This document shows, piece after piece, positions 1 through 13,459 of a stretch of DNA of 64,000 bases. Positions within the stretch are counted from its first letter, which is position 1. Each line of letters starts with the position of its first letter. Source of the stretch: Ramazzottius varieornatus (lineage: Eukaryota > Animalia > Tardigrada); the NCBI GenBank assembly GCA_001949185.1, contig BDGG01000001.1, positions 8,465,067 to 8,529,066 of the forward strand, read 5' to 3'. A model generated the notes under the pieces. It searched no databases. It saw only the letters and a list, made by a program, of their open reading frames with translations, and had not been told where the DNA came from. The position numbers and the translations under genes were made by a program.

Positions 1-780
1 GATCAAAGTTCTCGCACCCCCTTTTGAGGATCTTGCTCAGACCGGCGATCGTGGTCACCTTCCGTGTACCTAAAAGTTTTTCAAAATTCCATCTATGGCA
101 TAATCCAACGGAGCTAAGTCGGGACGGTTGGCCATCCAATGGTAGTGTGGAAAGTAGTTGGGATGGTTCTCTTCCATCCAATTCTGGGTCAGGATCGCCA
201 CGTGGGACTTGGCGCTGTCAAAATGTACCATGACATCCTGCGGATTTTTGGGGTACAGTCGAGGAATGTCATTCTTTACCATCGGCGATAGGACATTGTC
301 GACAACGTACTGCACTGTAACTTTCGCATTGCCATCAACAACGCAGGGCTTCGACATTCCTTTCCAGCAGATCCCGATTGCGACCATGATCCACCCGATT
401 ATGCTCACATGATGCTTCGCGAAGAAGCTGCAGAGTGTCCCCACACGCGACCAGCACCCGGCGGCAGCAGTGGACGGGTGATTTACAGAGTAAATTATCG
501 AAAGCACAGAACGGCTTCCCAACATCAGGTCCAGCCCAACTGAAACACAGCAAGCAACCAATCAACATTTCTCCAATCTGCAAAAATTGCTTGAATGTCG
601 GTCGAGCACCGAGTTTCCTGATTAGTAAAGACAGTTATAGAGACCCGTGGCACGTCGTGTGCGACGACTGCGTAAATCACCCGTCCAGCACTGCCCGGCG
701 AATCTTGCTAGGGCTCTGTTTTTGAACTGGTGTTCAAGTTTACGTTTTTGCAATGTACCGCGGTTCCTTCTGAAGCGTCA
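1..780 (-). pseudogene. Tc1/mariner (maT, DD37D) transposase remnant, running off the left edge
   Basis: ORF 70..561(-) has VHFDSAKSH...WMANRPDLAPLDY with 37 residues between the second and third catalytic Asp; stops and frameshifts flank it. Confidence 0.8.
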
Positions 781-920
781 TAGTCTGTGCTTTCGGCAGC
801 TGTTCGCTACTTCTCGCACGATATATCCTGCGCGAAACAGCAGATGGGCTTTCCGTACGCTACCCATACCGAACAAAGCGCCAATTTTACGGAAACTGAA
901 ATCACAGTACAATTACTGTA

Positions 921-2466
921 CTGTACTCTCGCGATACACATGGACATACTCAAGGCTGTACTAGTGAAAAGTAACCGCAAGTAAAAAAGTACCGTTTGAA
1001 TGACGCAGTTGACTGCTTGAAACGGTATCTTGACTTGCGCATGTTCAACCACCTGTTAGGGACTATTTTCGACTTCGAAAAGCTGGGTTCTTGAGAAGTT
1101 TTGCCTCTGTGCTACTGTACGTAATATTACATGATGGGAAGATTTAGGACCCGAGCTGTGTACAGAGTATCGAAGGCTCAGAGAAATCTGCGAGCTCAGG
1201 CGGAAAGTGGAATGTCGCTGCGAGCTTATGCAAAAGCGGTGGAGATACCGCGTTCAACGATATCTCTGTGGAGGTAGGACAAAGTTTGAAGCTGTTTGCG
1301 TCTTTAACCGTTCATGTTCTGAATATATATCGTTTCAGACAAAAGTTTCCTGAAGGCACTTTTAAGGACGACGTAAGCCGATGTACGAGCCAATAGTTCA
1401 TGACTCCCGCAGACGAAGTAAGCCGAACACAAACTCCCTCGCTGGTTTTACCGTTTCCTGTAAATCTGTTGAGGCTTATGCTGTCTTTTGTTTGCTCGAA
1501 TAGCTTGCCGAACATGTTTTCATGGAGCGAGTGGAAGCAATCGTCACTCTGGAGAAAACCCATCCAAGCCGTATAATCAACTTTGACCAGACTAGTGTCC
1601 TCTTGCAAAACACGTACGGAAAGACTTTATTACCTGTTGGAGTCAAACAAGTTCACGTCGTTCAGCCACCCGGTGAGAAGGAACGATTTACAGTAGGCCT
1701 CGCTGTGACGGGAGACGGACAGAAATTTCCAGCTGTGATAGTTTTCACAGGTGGAGTGAAGACTGGTCAGCTCTCGCGTAACATTCTAGCGAAGTTAGTG
1801 ATTCCTGGCAACGTCAACGTCTTTTCTACCCGAACTGCTTGGTGGAACTCTAAAATCGACCATGACTGGATCGAGCAGTCTTTCGAACAGGACCAACCTG
1901 AACCGTTATTTCTACTTCGGGATCATTTCCCGGGTCACTTGAAGTTCGAAAGCGCAGAATTGTTGGACGAGAGAAATGTCGATCAGGTTTTCGTACCGAA
2001 AGGGATGACGGGTACCTACCAACCGCTCGACGTTGGCATAAACGCACCCTTCAAAGCCAACCTTAAACGAGCGTATCATGAGTGGCGCAAAGAGCGTACG
2101 GAAGTCACGGCCAAAGGATACCTGCGGAAGCCGACTCGGCAAGACTTTGTCAACTTTGTTAGCAAAGCTTGGGAAGCAATCAGACCGGAAACGATTGAGA
2201 ATGCGTTCGTAGGAGCTCAAATTCTTCCTGAACCGACGTATATGCTTTCGAACAAGGAAGTTTTGGTTGAAAACGACAAACAGCTTCTGCAGTTTAGCTT
2301 TAGTTCGGTTGAAGAAGACAGTGATGCTGAAGTAGCGGAAGATTCCTCTTTGGAGTACAGCTTTTCGAATGGTTATTGATTGAGTAAAACCGAAAAAGTT
2401 TGCCCCCGCCAGGTGTAGTTTCCCAGCGTACAAGGGTATATGTCCATGTGTATCGCGAGAGTACAG
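921..2466 (+). mobile_element. pogo/Tigger-like DNA transposon, full length (1546 bp)
   Basis: Perfect 28-bp TIRs ctgtactctcgcgatacacatggacata (921-948, 2439-2466); TA on both sides (919-920, 2467-2468); DDE_1-type ORF inside. Confidence 0.93.
1131..2379 (+). CDS. pogo-family transposase (HTH exon plus DDE_1 domain), probably spliced or degenerate at the 5' end
   Basis: 1522..2379 has NFDQT, LLRDHF and QPLDVGINAPFK motifs; from 1131 MMGRFRT...SLRAYAKAVEIPRSTISLWR is HTH-like and is followed by a GT..tttcAG candidate intron. Confidence 0.8.
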
Positions 2467-3025
2467 TAACTACTGCAATAATTTAAATAATTACAGTTAT
2501 TGTGTTTGGATTAGCCGAAAACCGTGTCGAAAGCCGTGTTTAGATTAGTCGCAGTTGATATTTCAGCCAGGAAGCGGTACCTGCAATTCCAATTACTGCT
2601 GCGCGACGGATTTCGAAAATCGTAATCGCTACTGAATGGTAAAGCTCGTTTCGGAACAACACTGATCTAGATAGGTGCGGTTCAATTCCGAAAAAAAACT
2701 GCGGTGTTAATAGCTCTCAGGCGGTTCGAGGAAGAGGTCATAGCGCAACGGTCAGGAGGTTCCGGCGGTGAAAATAGTTGCACTCTTTAACGTTTTGCAC
2801 AGCCCAGGTAACATGACGGTAATCCCAGCCATTTTTGATCTCTTCAACGTGTGTACCGCGAGTTGATTTGCTGATTCTGACAACAAAGGTCTTTTGACCT
2901 GTTAGAATAGATTTGCGAACTAACAAGTACCTGAAAATTCTGAAGACGGACTGTTACAACGGAAGATACTATCTCTGACTGAATTTATAGGAAGGCGGCC
3001 ACCTCTGGGCTGCAGTGCACTGCCA

Positions 3026-3086
3026 GGCACTCTCCTTTCTCTCCTATCGGCACTCTCCTTTCTCTCCTATCGGCACTCTCCTTTCT
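3026..3086 (+). repeat. Tandem repeat, 23-bp unit x2.6
   Basis: ggcactctcctttctctcctatc repeated. Confidence 0.9.
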
Positions 3087-3392
3087 TTAGCCTTCTCTCG
3101 GCTTCTGTTCACGAGGCTGTTCGCTTTGGTCTTATCGTGAAGGAAGCTGCTGACCCTACTTGCGGTGATGGTAAACCTAAACTCTGCAGGTAAGGCATAC
3201 AGTCTTCTTGCAGTCTTTCCTGATCGAGAAGCTTGACTTTTCGGGTTTGAGGTTTAATAAATTTAACGTCAAACAGCAACCAGGAAACATGCCTGCTACC
3301 GTTTATTCTAACCGGTTACGGCGTGACTAAAACATTCCACGTTCAAGCAGTGTGTACACGAAGACAAAATCAATGACGACAATAAGACTTTA

Positions 3393-5351
3393 CGAGGGAC
3401 CATTCAGACAACGTCACTTGCCTCTCAACATATCAATGCTTTTAGGTGATGGCTGAGACCATAGCTTTCCAAAGCGTGTCGAGATAAATGCCGACGATCC
3501 CTCCCGGAGCTGGAGGAAATCCCAAGAATGCGTTGTCCACCGTAGAACCAGTGTTATTGCCTGTATATCGTTACAAAAACAACCCGTAGACTGCTCGCTT
3601 ATTCAAAAATACACCAGATTTAACGTCTGGAAGACTTACTTGTAGAATGAGGTTCTGAAGCTCACACCTGATAGGAATGGCCGAATTAGTCCTAAAAGTA
3701 TTGTTATTAGTTTCTGACGGATTTTTTACCCTGGGTCAGACAAAAGCCTTCTTTCGTATAGTATTTCGCAACCTTATCGGAAAAGATGGGGTTCAACCTT
3801 CGTTAACAAATTCCGGTGCATTGGTAAACCTAAGCGCAACGTTATTTTGCGCCTATCACGCTACCAATATTTGGAAACTTCTCTAAGTTTGTTCTGCAGC
3901 TTTATTAGCAAGCTGCCACCAGGCCTGTTCTTGCCACCGCTTCTTTCCTATTTTCCTACTAGCTCTCAGAGGAGTAAGCCCAAATGGTCTAACCAGCGGT
4001 GTCATCCCGAGTGCCTGCAAAAAAAATGTACACATTCCGGCCACATTTCACAACGCATACCTATGAAAATGCTAAGAAAGGCATTCTTCTTCTCGTTTTG
4101 TCGAGGCAACGTAGAAAAATCCGGACGGAAACGGTCAAACGAACGTTCAGAAATTGGAAAATACCACTTCTTTGAGACAGTTTTGACCCCTTGGCTTCCA
4201 TAGCATCAAGGCTGTCTGACCAGCGTCCAGCGTCATAATTCCACCCTGTCCCAGCCAACTTGCTACCACCTCGAACTTCGACGCCAAAAAATTCAAGTTG
4301 CGAGTTATCCGCTCCTTCCTCCACAGTGCTCCTACAACTTTTCATGTTCTATCGAGTGATCCATGACTCGATAGGTTACAGATAGGTTACGATGACTCGA
4401 TAGGTTACGATAGGTGCAAGAAACACCTTTGCAACATTCCACTAATATGAATTCCGGTGGAGAAGACATGTCGCCGCGACTGAAATGCAGTCTTCAGAAT
4501 TTTTTATGCGAGTTGCGATCGGCAGTCTGATGATGTTAGGACCATAAGTATCTCATCTGTCATTACAAAATAAAAAAGACCATATGAATATCGAACTAGC
4601 TCGGCAAATGAATTAAAACTGCTTAATTTGGCCATTTTGCCGGGAAAACCGTTTCGCGGCGAAATTTCTAGCTCGCGCGTTCAGGGAGGCAAATTTACGT
4701 TTCCGATCCCCCTCTCTGTACCTCAGATTCGGTTCTAATTATTTTCAACAAGAAAACTGCAGGTGTTCAGTAGGACACTGAAGCAATAATTTTCGAAAAC
4801 GGTCCCAAAAACTGCAAGAGTTGTGAGTTTTTTCGCCTCGCACCTTTTCTAGTTTTAGGTTGATCGCCACTTCCAGTAAACAGATTTCCGGCCAGTGATT
4901 CTTCTTGTGATGGCAAATAGGATGTTCAACCAAGGAAAACTGGTTGTGACGTTGAATAATGATCGAGCCGAAACCAACTCAATATATTGAGCGGTAGCAA
5001 GTTGGCTGGCACGGGGTGTCGTATAAACATGCCGAAGATTCTAGCCCAAAAAAGTTGGCTTTTTGTTGGTGGCAGCCCGCAGGAGGTTCACAGCTCCGTT
5101 TTACACCTCCCACATGTCGAACCTAGGGTTTCTCATATAGCTGAGCAGTCTCCGGTTTGTCTTGTGTAACGCGCTGCAGGCTATAACACTGTTTCTACAT
5201 TGGACAATGTACCTTCAAGATTTCCACCAGCTCCGGGAGAGGGTCGTAAGCATTTATTCCCAATACTCTGCAGTGAGCCAGGGGTCTCAAGCTATCCTGT
5301 GGGAGCACTGATATCGTGATCGGTGAGTGGCATGGTCTGAATGGTCCCTCG
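3393..5351. mobile_element. Old non-autonomous element with about 200-bp diverged inverted arms
   Basis: 3393-3597 aligns with the reverse complement of about 5143-5351; terminal 17 bp cgagggaccattcagac is perfect; left end follows TA (mariner-like TACGAGGG). Confidence 0.6.
4242..5018. mobile_element. MITE with CAC termini (CMC/EnSpm-like), nested in the preceding element
   Basis: 26-bp TIRs with 2 mismatches (caccctgtcccagccaacttgctacc); TC dinucleotide on both flanks; internal short gataggttac repeats at 4365-4414. Confidence 0.75.
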
Positions 5352-5399
5352 TTAGTCGAAATTTTCCGATAATGTTCTCCATTCTACCACCATTGCCAG

Positions 5400-5605
5400 G
5401 AGTTCAAGATGGGCTGAATGCTCTTTTGTCCGATTGCCTGCGTTTTCAATTTGTTGCCCTCGATACACATTTCTGTTGTGAGCGTGGCGTGCCTTCTAGT
5501 GGTTCTCAAGGCGTAATCTTCGACCCGAACTTGTTCAGCATTGTCGTCAACCACCTGGCAAACAAACTCCTGTGCTACTTCATGTAATACGCTGACGACT
5601 AAGCC
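5400..5605 (+). pseudogene. LINE reverse transcriptase fragment
   Basis: ...SSGSQGVIFDPNLFSIVVNHL...M*YADD, a decayed GVPQGS/YADD region. Confidence 0.6.
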
Positions 5606-7059
5606 ACCTATCCGCTCACGCGCTGCGCCACACACACTCGGCCACCCAACCTGCGATATCGTGTACCCACCACGCCACACGTTGATCTGTCAGTTGTAAG
5701 TCCCTATCTCATATGGGCAGCTCCGCCTCTTTTCTATAACTCTATCCCGAGTACACCAGGCTGGTTTAGTTTCAATTATTTCGTGACACACAGGATATGT
5801 CACATTTCACAAAGACGGAATAAGCAAAAGTCTGGTTATGTTTGGCTAGAACTTTCTCATCGATAGTGTCGGCCCTCTTGGTTCGACAATAGTTGCACTG
5901 GGCAGTGTTATGTTGTGAATCAAAGTGAAAGCCATTACCAGCTGAACGATAACCTTCTGGCAGGAAATCAGTATGGAAACCCAAATAGCGTCAAAAGCTG
6001 AAAGACAGAATTCGATTTTGTACGATCTGTAGAGATTTACCCAGTAGGCAATATTTACCCAGCAGGATTTGCTCGGTGATCTTGTTCCGCTGCCACAGGT
6101 GAAACTCCGATAGCATAAATTGTGGAGCTTCACGTAAGATATTGTAAGGTCCAAACAAGCGGCTGCGGTTCTGAGGATTTCGGTTGTAGAACAGCCAGTT
6201 CATCATCAGAGCTGTGACTTCCGCTTTGAGGTCCAGGAGTCGTTCATTCTGCTCTGGAGTCAGTTCCCATTGGTGTTCGCCTTGTTCGGAGTTCAAGATT
6301 CGACGGTGCACATAATGACGGTGGTCGTAGTCGGAGATGATTAAATCGGAAGTTTGATGTATGTTGTCCACACTACGAGTACCGCGATATTGTAGGTTGA
6401 ACCGTGAGATTAGCAGCTCTCGAAGGTTTCAACGTGAAGCAGGCATGATGGATCTATATGAAAAGAGTGGTAGTCTGATTAGAACTGCTGCCAAAGCAAT
6501 CCTGTGAAATGGGAAGGTGTTTGCTAGACAAGTCAGACGGAAGGTTATCAGGGTTTTTGATGAACAACTGCACTCCGCCTTATCCTATCCGCATTTCACA
6601 TCTATTGCTTTTTGCTGCGGCTTCACCTGGCAGCGTGTCATTTTTCGATCTCCAGTTTTCCGCACTTGTCAGTTTTTGACTTTCTCTCCGACTCCGTGCA
6701 AACTCAGTGTTCTTGCCGTAGACTTGCATATAGTATTTCGTGGTGTTTGTTTGGTGTTTTGCGCATTCGATACCTTCGCTTTTTCACGTGCTGTTGTTTT
6801 TGATCATGCATTACGAGGACATGGATGTTTCAGTCTCGATCACTCGATCAGGATGAGCCTTTTGAGCGGTGTGGGACGAGCACGACTACAAGGAGGGCAG
6901 GGATGCTCTTCGAATACAGGGATGCTCTTCGTGAGATGATAAAAGCGGACCACGTGGAGAACAGGGTATTTGGTAGCGTCGGCAACGGGATGATGCGGGA
7001 CCAATGTGATTACCGGGTAATTGAGACGCTCTCCGTGAAACGATGGAACTGGACGACGC

Positions 7060-8975
7060 GGAGAACGGTCAGTTTGGTGTTATTTTTCCGTGGTAGGCTA
7101 TTGATGGATACTTCATTCTGAAGTGGCTGGTCAGCAACGGCATCATGCTGAAGGTCATCATTAACACAAACAAGTTCATCCAGCTGAACGTCGAGCAGTT
7201 TAATATCCACTTCCAAGACTCGCTGAAATACGACCATCAGTCGTTAGCTAGATGACCCGCTACCTTCGGTCTTCATGGTAACAGCAAAGGAACATTCCCC
7301 CACAAACTGAACCGATCTGACCACTGGAACCTGACTGGACCACTGGAATACCTCACCTTGGCTGATCTTGGCCACAACAACATGCCAGACAGCGACAAGC
7401 CGGCCTCCTTGGAATGGCCACAAGGACCGTAAGGAGAAGAACAATAGAACAATCAGTATGACGTGCAGAAATGTTCACCTACTATCGGATGGATGTCACC
7501 GTCTTAAGTTTCTGGTGCCAGCAGTTCCAGGAGCTGTACATGACTATTACCAGCGGCGTTTATCCCTTCGTCTCCGTCACTATGGTCGCCGGTGTCTGTA
7601 TTGTCTCCTGGCGAACCAACTTCCTCCAGAACGACCAGGTTGCCATTGTGTTCAGCGAGGGCCAGAATCGTCTCCAGCCGGTAGTTGGTGTCCAGTGGCT
7701 GGAATGGACAGCTCGCAAACTCGACATCAACATTGACCATCGAGACAATGGCCATGGAAAACAGATTGGCAAGTTCTTCGTGGATGGCTACTGCGAAGCA
7801 ACAAGCCAGGCGTCCGAGTTCCATGGCTGCTTCAGTCACGATGTCCTTCGTGTTTTTCACCCGACACGCTTCATTCACTTCGCGAACACCATGAAGAACG
7901 TACATAACGACACCATGGCTCGGCGGAGTTACGTGGAAGACCTGCGCTATGAGGTAGTGACTTGCTGGGAATGTCAGTTCAAACAGGAAGCCCGACAAGA
8001 CGAAGAGCTCCGCGACTTCTTCATGGATTTCGTCCCCATGGCGCCTTTACATCCGCGTGATGCTTGGAAGTGCGCCGACTCGCAACAGCAAGGTCTGTGC
8101 CAGCATTCTGATGATTAACGAACGCTAACCGGCTCATGGTGTTCTCCGGAGATCCAGGCAGCTAAGATCCATCACATGTACCACTGGCTCTATTCCAAGG
8201 ACGAGCTCTTCCTACCTTACGTCGATCTATTCCACAAGATCAAGACGGGTGCCAGTGGATATTTTGATAACTGTGACAGCCAGCAGAAGTAGGACCAGTT
8301 CGTGGCGTGGTTCCTGCAGCATGAAGGTACTCAGCTGGACGGAGACATCAACTTCAACCCGGGCCTCCGTACCTTAGCCAAGCTGTGAATGAACGGGTAG
8401 GCACCTTGAAGACCTTCTACTCTGATAAGTGTTGTAAGTATCAATATCTTATTTTCTCTGTAGATTTTGGGGGCGTTCCGGCATGCAGGAGAACCGCGGC
8501 AGTACGGAGTTTTCGACTGATCCCGGCAAGTTCTGGCAACGGCTGCTCTCTGGTAAGAGCAAGGTGTTACCGTGGGACTTGATCAACGATGAAACGGTGC
8601 AGGTGACGTGCGAAGCCGCTAAGGGATTCGAGGACCAGAATACGACCGTCAACGTTTTCATCGCAGCCATCACCAAGTGTTATGCTCGTTTGCACCTTCT
8701 GCGATACATGGACCAGGTGGAAAATACTCGCCCAGAACGAATTTTGTATTTTGTTAGGTTATACATTGAGCTTGCTCTCGCTGAACTGTCCGACCTCATG
8801 AACGAGTTGTTCTAATTTCAGTTACCAATTCCATTGTTTTCGTGAGCCGAGAAAGTGAAGTCGTCCTGATCCTCCTGTGGGCAATTTCCTTGACAACCTT
8901 TTCGTAATCAGTGAGCTGAAGCCTGTTCAACACATCACCCGATTCGCCACAATGGGCCCCAAGTCCTAAGCGATA
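7060..8975 (+). pseudogene. Polinton/Maverick-type protein-primed DNA polymerase B with inserted Vsr-like domain; decayed, with two introns
   Basis: DGYFILKWL, FQDSL..PATFGL..KGTFPH, VDGYC..EFHGCFSH, NPGLRTLAKL*MN|GFWG, YARLHL, ILYF|xTNSI and GPKS* are collinear pPolB motifs; stops and deletions throughout. Confidence 0.85.
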
Positions 8976-10809
8976 GAACAAGTTGCTGTTCAGCGCAAGC
9001 GATGTCAGTTCTCTTATGATAAGAGTTATTATAGATCAGCAGTACAATACGATACCTTATGTTCACTGTTTATGAAGAAATGTAAATTCCAAATACGCTG
9101 CGTCGATATCTAGTCGCTTGTCGCTCCCAGGAAATTAGTTGCCCGCTCTGAAACAGCTGCTGCACATCCCGGAAAACGGATAGTGGAACCGAGACAAATA
9201 TCCGAATGATGGATAACTTCAAGTTTCTTGGACAACTGCTCCAGGCGTACGCGCTGACCGTAATTGCCTTATAGTCCGTCACGTGTGCGTCTTTGTATCC
9301 AATGTCCCGTGGCAGGTTACAAAATCGCCGTGCGGGGATCTTGGACGAGCGAAGGGCACATCTTCCGTTAACCTTCATCTTACCATTCCGGTACAGTTGA
9401 CAGTGGGTTTTGTAGGTGCAGGACACGAAGCAGAAGTCCACATAAGAGCTTTGAAGTGCGGAGAGTCAGTGGAACGATGGCTTCGATGTGTTCCAGATTG
9501 AGGATGCATCCGAGGGTGCAGGTGGCGACATCGTTTCGAATTTCTGGTCATGTAGCCATGACACAAAGGCTTCGGCCTTATCCTGAGTAGCCTTATGCTT
9601 GTCAATCAGCTGACCAAATCGTTAGCATGCCAGATCTTCCGGGTTCTTGTCGGTTCGTATCCAGTTTTCCACAAGGCGATACTGGAATGGGGCAGTTTTG
9701 ATCCGAGTTTCGCTCGACATACATGTGTGGAAGAAACCAGGAGATACAGTGAGTAGTGCCCGTACAGACAGACTAGTGTATATGAATCGGGGTAGGTGAA
9801 CGGATAGATAAAAAGATAGGTACAGGTATAGGGATAACAAAATGATACTGGAACTTATTCCGGCACACGGGAAACACGCATTCCTCATTCGCCCGAGCGC
9901 TTTACAAAAGTAAACTGCTTATCCCGAGTCAACATGGATGTTCCACCCTGTCCAGTTTGTTCTGTACGAGCAACAAGAACGATGAAGCTAAAAGCCCACT
10001 GATGAGCAACTTCAAAACCCGTTTTACTTCTTACCATGACTGGCAACATTTTGATATCCAACAACCAACCACTGCGCCAACGCTGGATTCCTCAATCGCG
10101 ATATCGAAGCTACGTTTGCTAAATTTTACCACTACAGATTGCCACTGAACCACTGGCCCTGCACTGACTCTCCGATGGTTGAGCACATCCGCCATCGTCC
10201 TGACAGTAGATTCGTCCTGCGCAAGTCTAGCCAGAAAACCCGAAATCACTACGGATCGGAATATGACGCCCAACTCACCAAAGAGCAAGACTTCATGAAC
10301 ATCGAAGAACGACCGACGTCCAGCCAATACCTGCTGTGGATCAATCATATGGCCCGACAATCCTTGGACTTTCCACGCCTGGAGAAGGTACGAACGGTGG
10401 CCAAGTCCGATGACTGGAAACGGCTCCAGGTGAAGTTCACGTTACCAGATAGGTCGAAGAGCGGAGATAATGAGGCGGATTTCTCGGTGTTATTCTTGAG
10501 CTCGGTAAAATTCGCTCTGCCGCAGGGAAAGAGACCGTAGAAGTTCGAAAACTTTGCGACCTTAAGCTCGATGGCCTTGCTTGATAGCATGGACACCCCC
10601 TTTCTTTTCTGACTTGACCGGTGTGGTGGGCTTGTCTTTGTGCTTCAGCTTGCTGGTCGCAGGAGAATCGGCGACGGCAGTATGGGGGACTTCTGTGCTG
10701 GAGGAATCTGGATGGCAAGAAAAAACTTCGCGTCGAGAAAGGTAACGTTTAAGAACCGGTAATAAGCAAGGATAATTAAAATTGAATCGAGTTCAATTTG
10801 GGTTAACGT

Positions 10810-13450
10810 GTGCTGACCACCGCTTTTTCGCGGTGCCGCACCTTCTCTCCTTCCTTCTCATCCAAGCCTTACACTGTCCACGCTGTTTTCACATCGTTAT
10901 GCATCATTGGCTTTTCGCACTCGATACCAGATTTCTTATCGGTACTTTTATCCTCTCTACAACACAGCCTACATCCTCCTCGATCATGTTTAACGCCGAT
11001 GGGGGACATCGGTTACTGTGGTCCGCTTTACCCACGTACCACGCCCAACGCCGTTTCCGCTCATTTCTTCTCCTCCGCCTTAGAGAAGTCCATCGTCGAA
11101 GAACTAAGACTGCGGCCCTCAGTCGGCCCTTTCCCCTCTCCTCCCTTCCCGAACATGGTCATCTACTTGTAAGGAGCTTACCTCGGCAATGAAACACTCG
11201 TGCTGAATCAGCACGAACACTTCACGCACTTCTACAGTAGAACTTTCTCTTTCCTTCTGCTTCGCTGTCAAAGTATATAAACCGACTGTTCAGTAACAAT
11301 CGGGGGGATTTTTCCTTTCCTTCTCTTGAGACCTAGCATTACTAATAAAGAAAACTCTCCCCAGTCAGTTCTCTCTTTATCCTAATTCCTTCTTCATCGA
11401 CCGACCTTGTAGGGTTCTTGTCTAGCCAGTGGGAGGCTTTACATACTCCTTAGGCGTGCGACCAAAGAAGAACGGCAAGTTCCGCGTGATTATGGATCTA
11501 TCACGTCCTTTCCACTACAGTGTTAATGATTATATTGATCGTGACTGCTATCGCACACAGTATTGCCGCGTCGACAACGCTATTAATCATCTTATTTCTC
11601 TTGGTCCTGGCGCTTTAATGGCCAAGCTGGACATCAAGCATACCAGTTCGTCCAGTTGACTGGCCCCTTTTGGGCTACCAAGTAAACGGACTGTATTTTT
11701 TCGACATTGCTCTGCCTTTCGGCCTCCGTTCTTCGCCATTTTTCTCTGTCGGATATCCGACTCTGTGCTGTGGGTCTTACGCAATATGACCGGAATACAA
11801 ACCCCACTTTGCTATGTGGATGACTTCCTTCTTCTCGGTCCAGCTCATTCTGACACTTGCCATATGCCTATCAATAAACTATCTGATCTTTGCACTGAGC
11901 TGGGTGTTCCTCTCGCCACAGATAAGACCGAAGGTCCTTCCACTCAGCTGACATTCCTGGGTGTTCAGCTCGATTCTGTCTCACAAACAATCAGTCTCCC
12001 TCCTTCCACATACAACGAGATACGTGCCCTGCTGGACGCATGGTCTTCGAAGAAAAAATGTACCAAGCGCGAACTGCAAAGCATCATCGGCTCCCTTGTG
12101 TTCGCTGCCAACTGCGTGCCTACTGGTAGACTGTTTACCCGGCGCATGATCAACCTTCTCGCAGATCATAACTCATCATCAGTCACTCTCTCTCCTGACT
12201 TCCACCTCGATATCAAATGGTGGAGAGAATTCCATCCTCGATGGAACGGTCACGCTTCGTTTCTTTCTCCCTCATGGACTGATAGCACCACCATCAGACT
12301 TTACGCCGACGCATTAGGCGCTGTCTGCGGCGGCTTTTTTGATGATCATTGGTTTTCCCTTGCCTGTCTGGACTGGCTCAGTCGCAATTCCTTTTCCATC
12401 GAGTTTCTGGAGATCGTGCCTATCTACATTTCCTGCCTAGTGTGGAAAGATTTCTTTATCAACCGGCACATTTCCTTCTCATGCGATAACCTAGGCGCCT
12501 GTCACGCCTGGTCCAATCTCGGTTCTTCTAGCCGTGCTGTGCTCCAACTGCTCCGCCTGATCGCTTCTGTCTCTGCCCAGTCCAATGTCCTTATCCGGAT
12601 CACTCACGTAGCCGGCATCGATAACTCCATTGCCGACGCCCTCTCTCGTCTTAATATCAGGGGAAAGCACCTCCGGTCGCTTTCCCCTGAAGAACACACA
12701 ATCCTCTACCGAGATATCTCCATCAATGCTGACTCCTCCGTCACGCTCCATCTACGTCACAGCAGAGCCGGTTTCCAACCAGTCGGTTGGTGACTTAATG
12801 CTTAACTAGCGTGTGCTTTACTGAGCGAACGTGGAAATGACTTTGCCGGTATGGACGCACTCGTAATTCGGATGCGACGCGAATCCCAATGCTCCCAAAA
12901 CATCCCTCAAAGGGAAATCAGAAGAACTTGAGACGACGGGAAGGAGAGGAAAGTCTGATGTATCCCGGTTAAGCCGAGGATTTCCAGCGGCCAGCTTGTT
13001 GAATGTGGGTCTCGCTGGTGTTTTGGTCAGCGGCTGCTGTGGCTCCTCCAATGCGGAAGCTGTGGGAGGAGTACCGGTGAAAATGTGGTTCATGTTTGAG
13101 GAGGGTCTTAACGGCTTGGTTAAAGAGCGAATGGGTAAGGAAGGTACCGTCGTTGAATTGGAACACGGGGAGCTCAGGTGAAATTAGGACTTCGCGCTGG
13201 TGACGGAAGTTCATAAAGGCACGGACAGGGCACACCGAATGGTGAGTTGGAGGAAGAGTCACTGACTGGTTGGAAACCGGCTTTGCTGTGACGTAGATGG
13301 AGCGTGACGGAGGAGTCAGCATTGATGGAGATATCTCGGTAGAGGATTGTGTGTTCTTCAGGGGAAAACGACCGGAGGTGCTTGGTCGTAAATTCGGAGG
13401 AGCGAAGAAGACCGAAGAAGGCAAAGCAGCAGGCGGTCCGCGAAAGATTC
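10810..13450 (+). mobile_element. Ngaro/DIRS tyrosine-recombinase retrotransposon, family A, rearranged (RT-RNaseH on +, YR on -)
   Basis: GPFPSPPFP, LGVRPKK, DLS..SVND, YVDDF, KTEGP..LTFLG and N-x-x-ADALSR on +; FAFFGLLRSSEF, SHSFRIGGAT and AGRWKS on - (12969-13450). Confidence 0.92.
11168..11443 (+). mobile_element. Solo LTR (276 bp) inserted in the Ngaro RT
   Basis: TGTAA...TTACA ends, 4-bp TSD tact (11164-67, 11444-47), TATA-like and AATAAA motifs inside; removal restores ...MVIYSLGVRPKK. Confidence 0.9.
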
Positions 13451-13459
13451 TGAGTGGCG

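Noticed and set aside
1912-2433. 173-aa minus-strand ORF
   Set aside because: Antisense to the pogo transposase
10139-10540. 133-aa ORF
   Set aside because: No recognisable domain or splice structure
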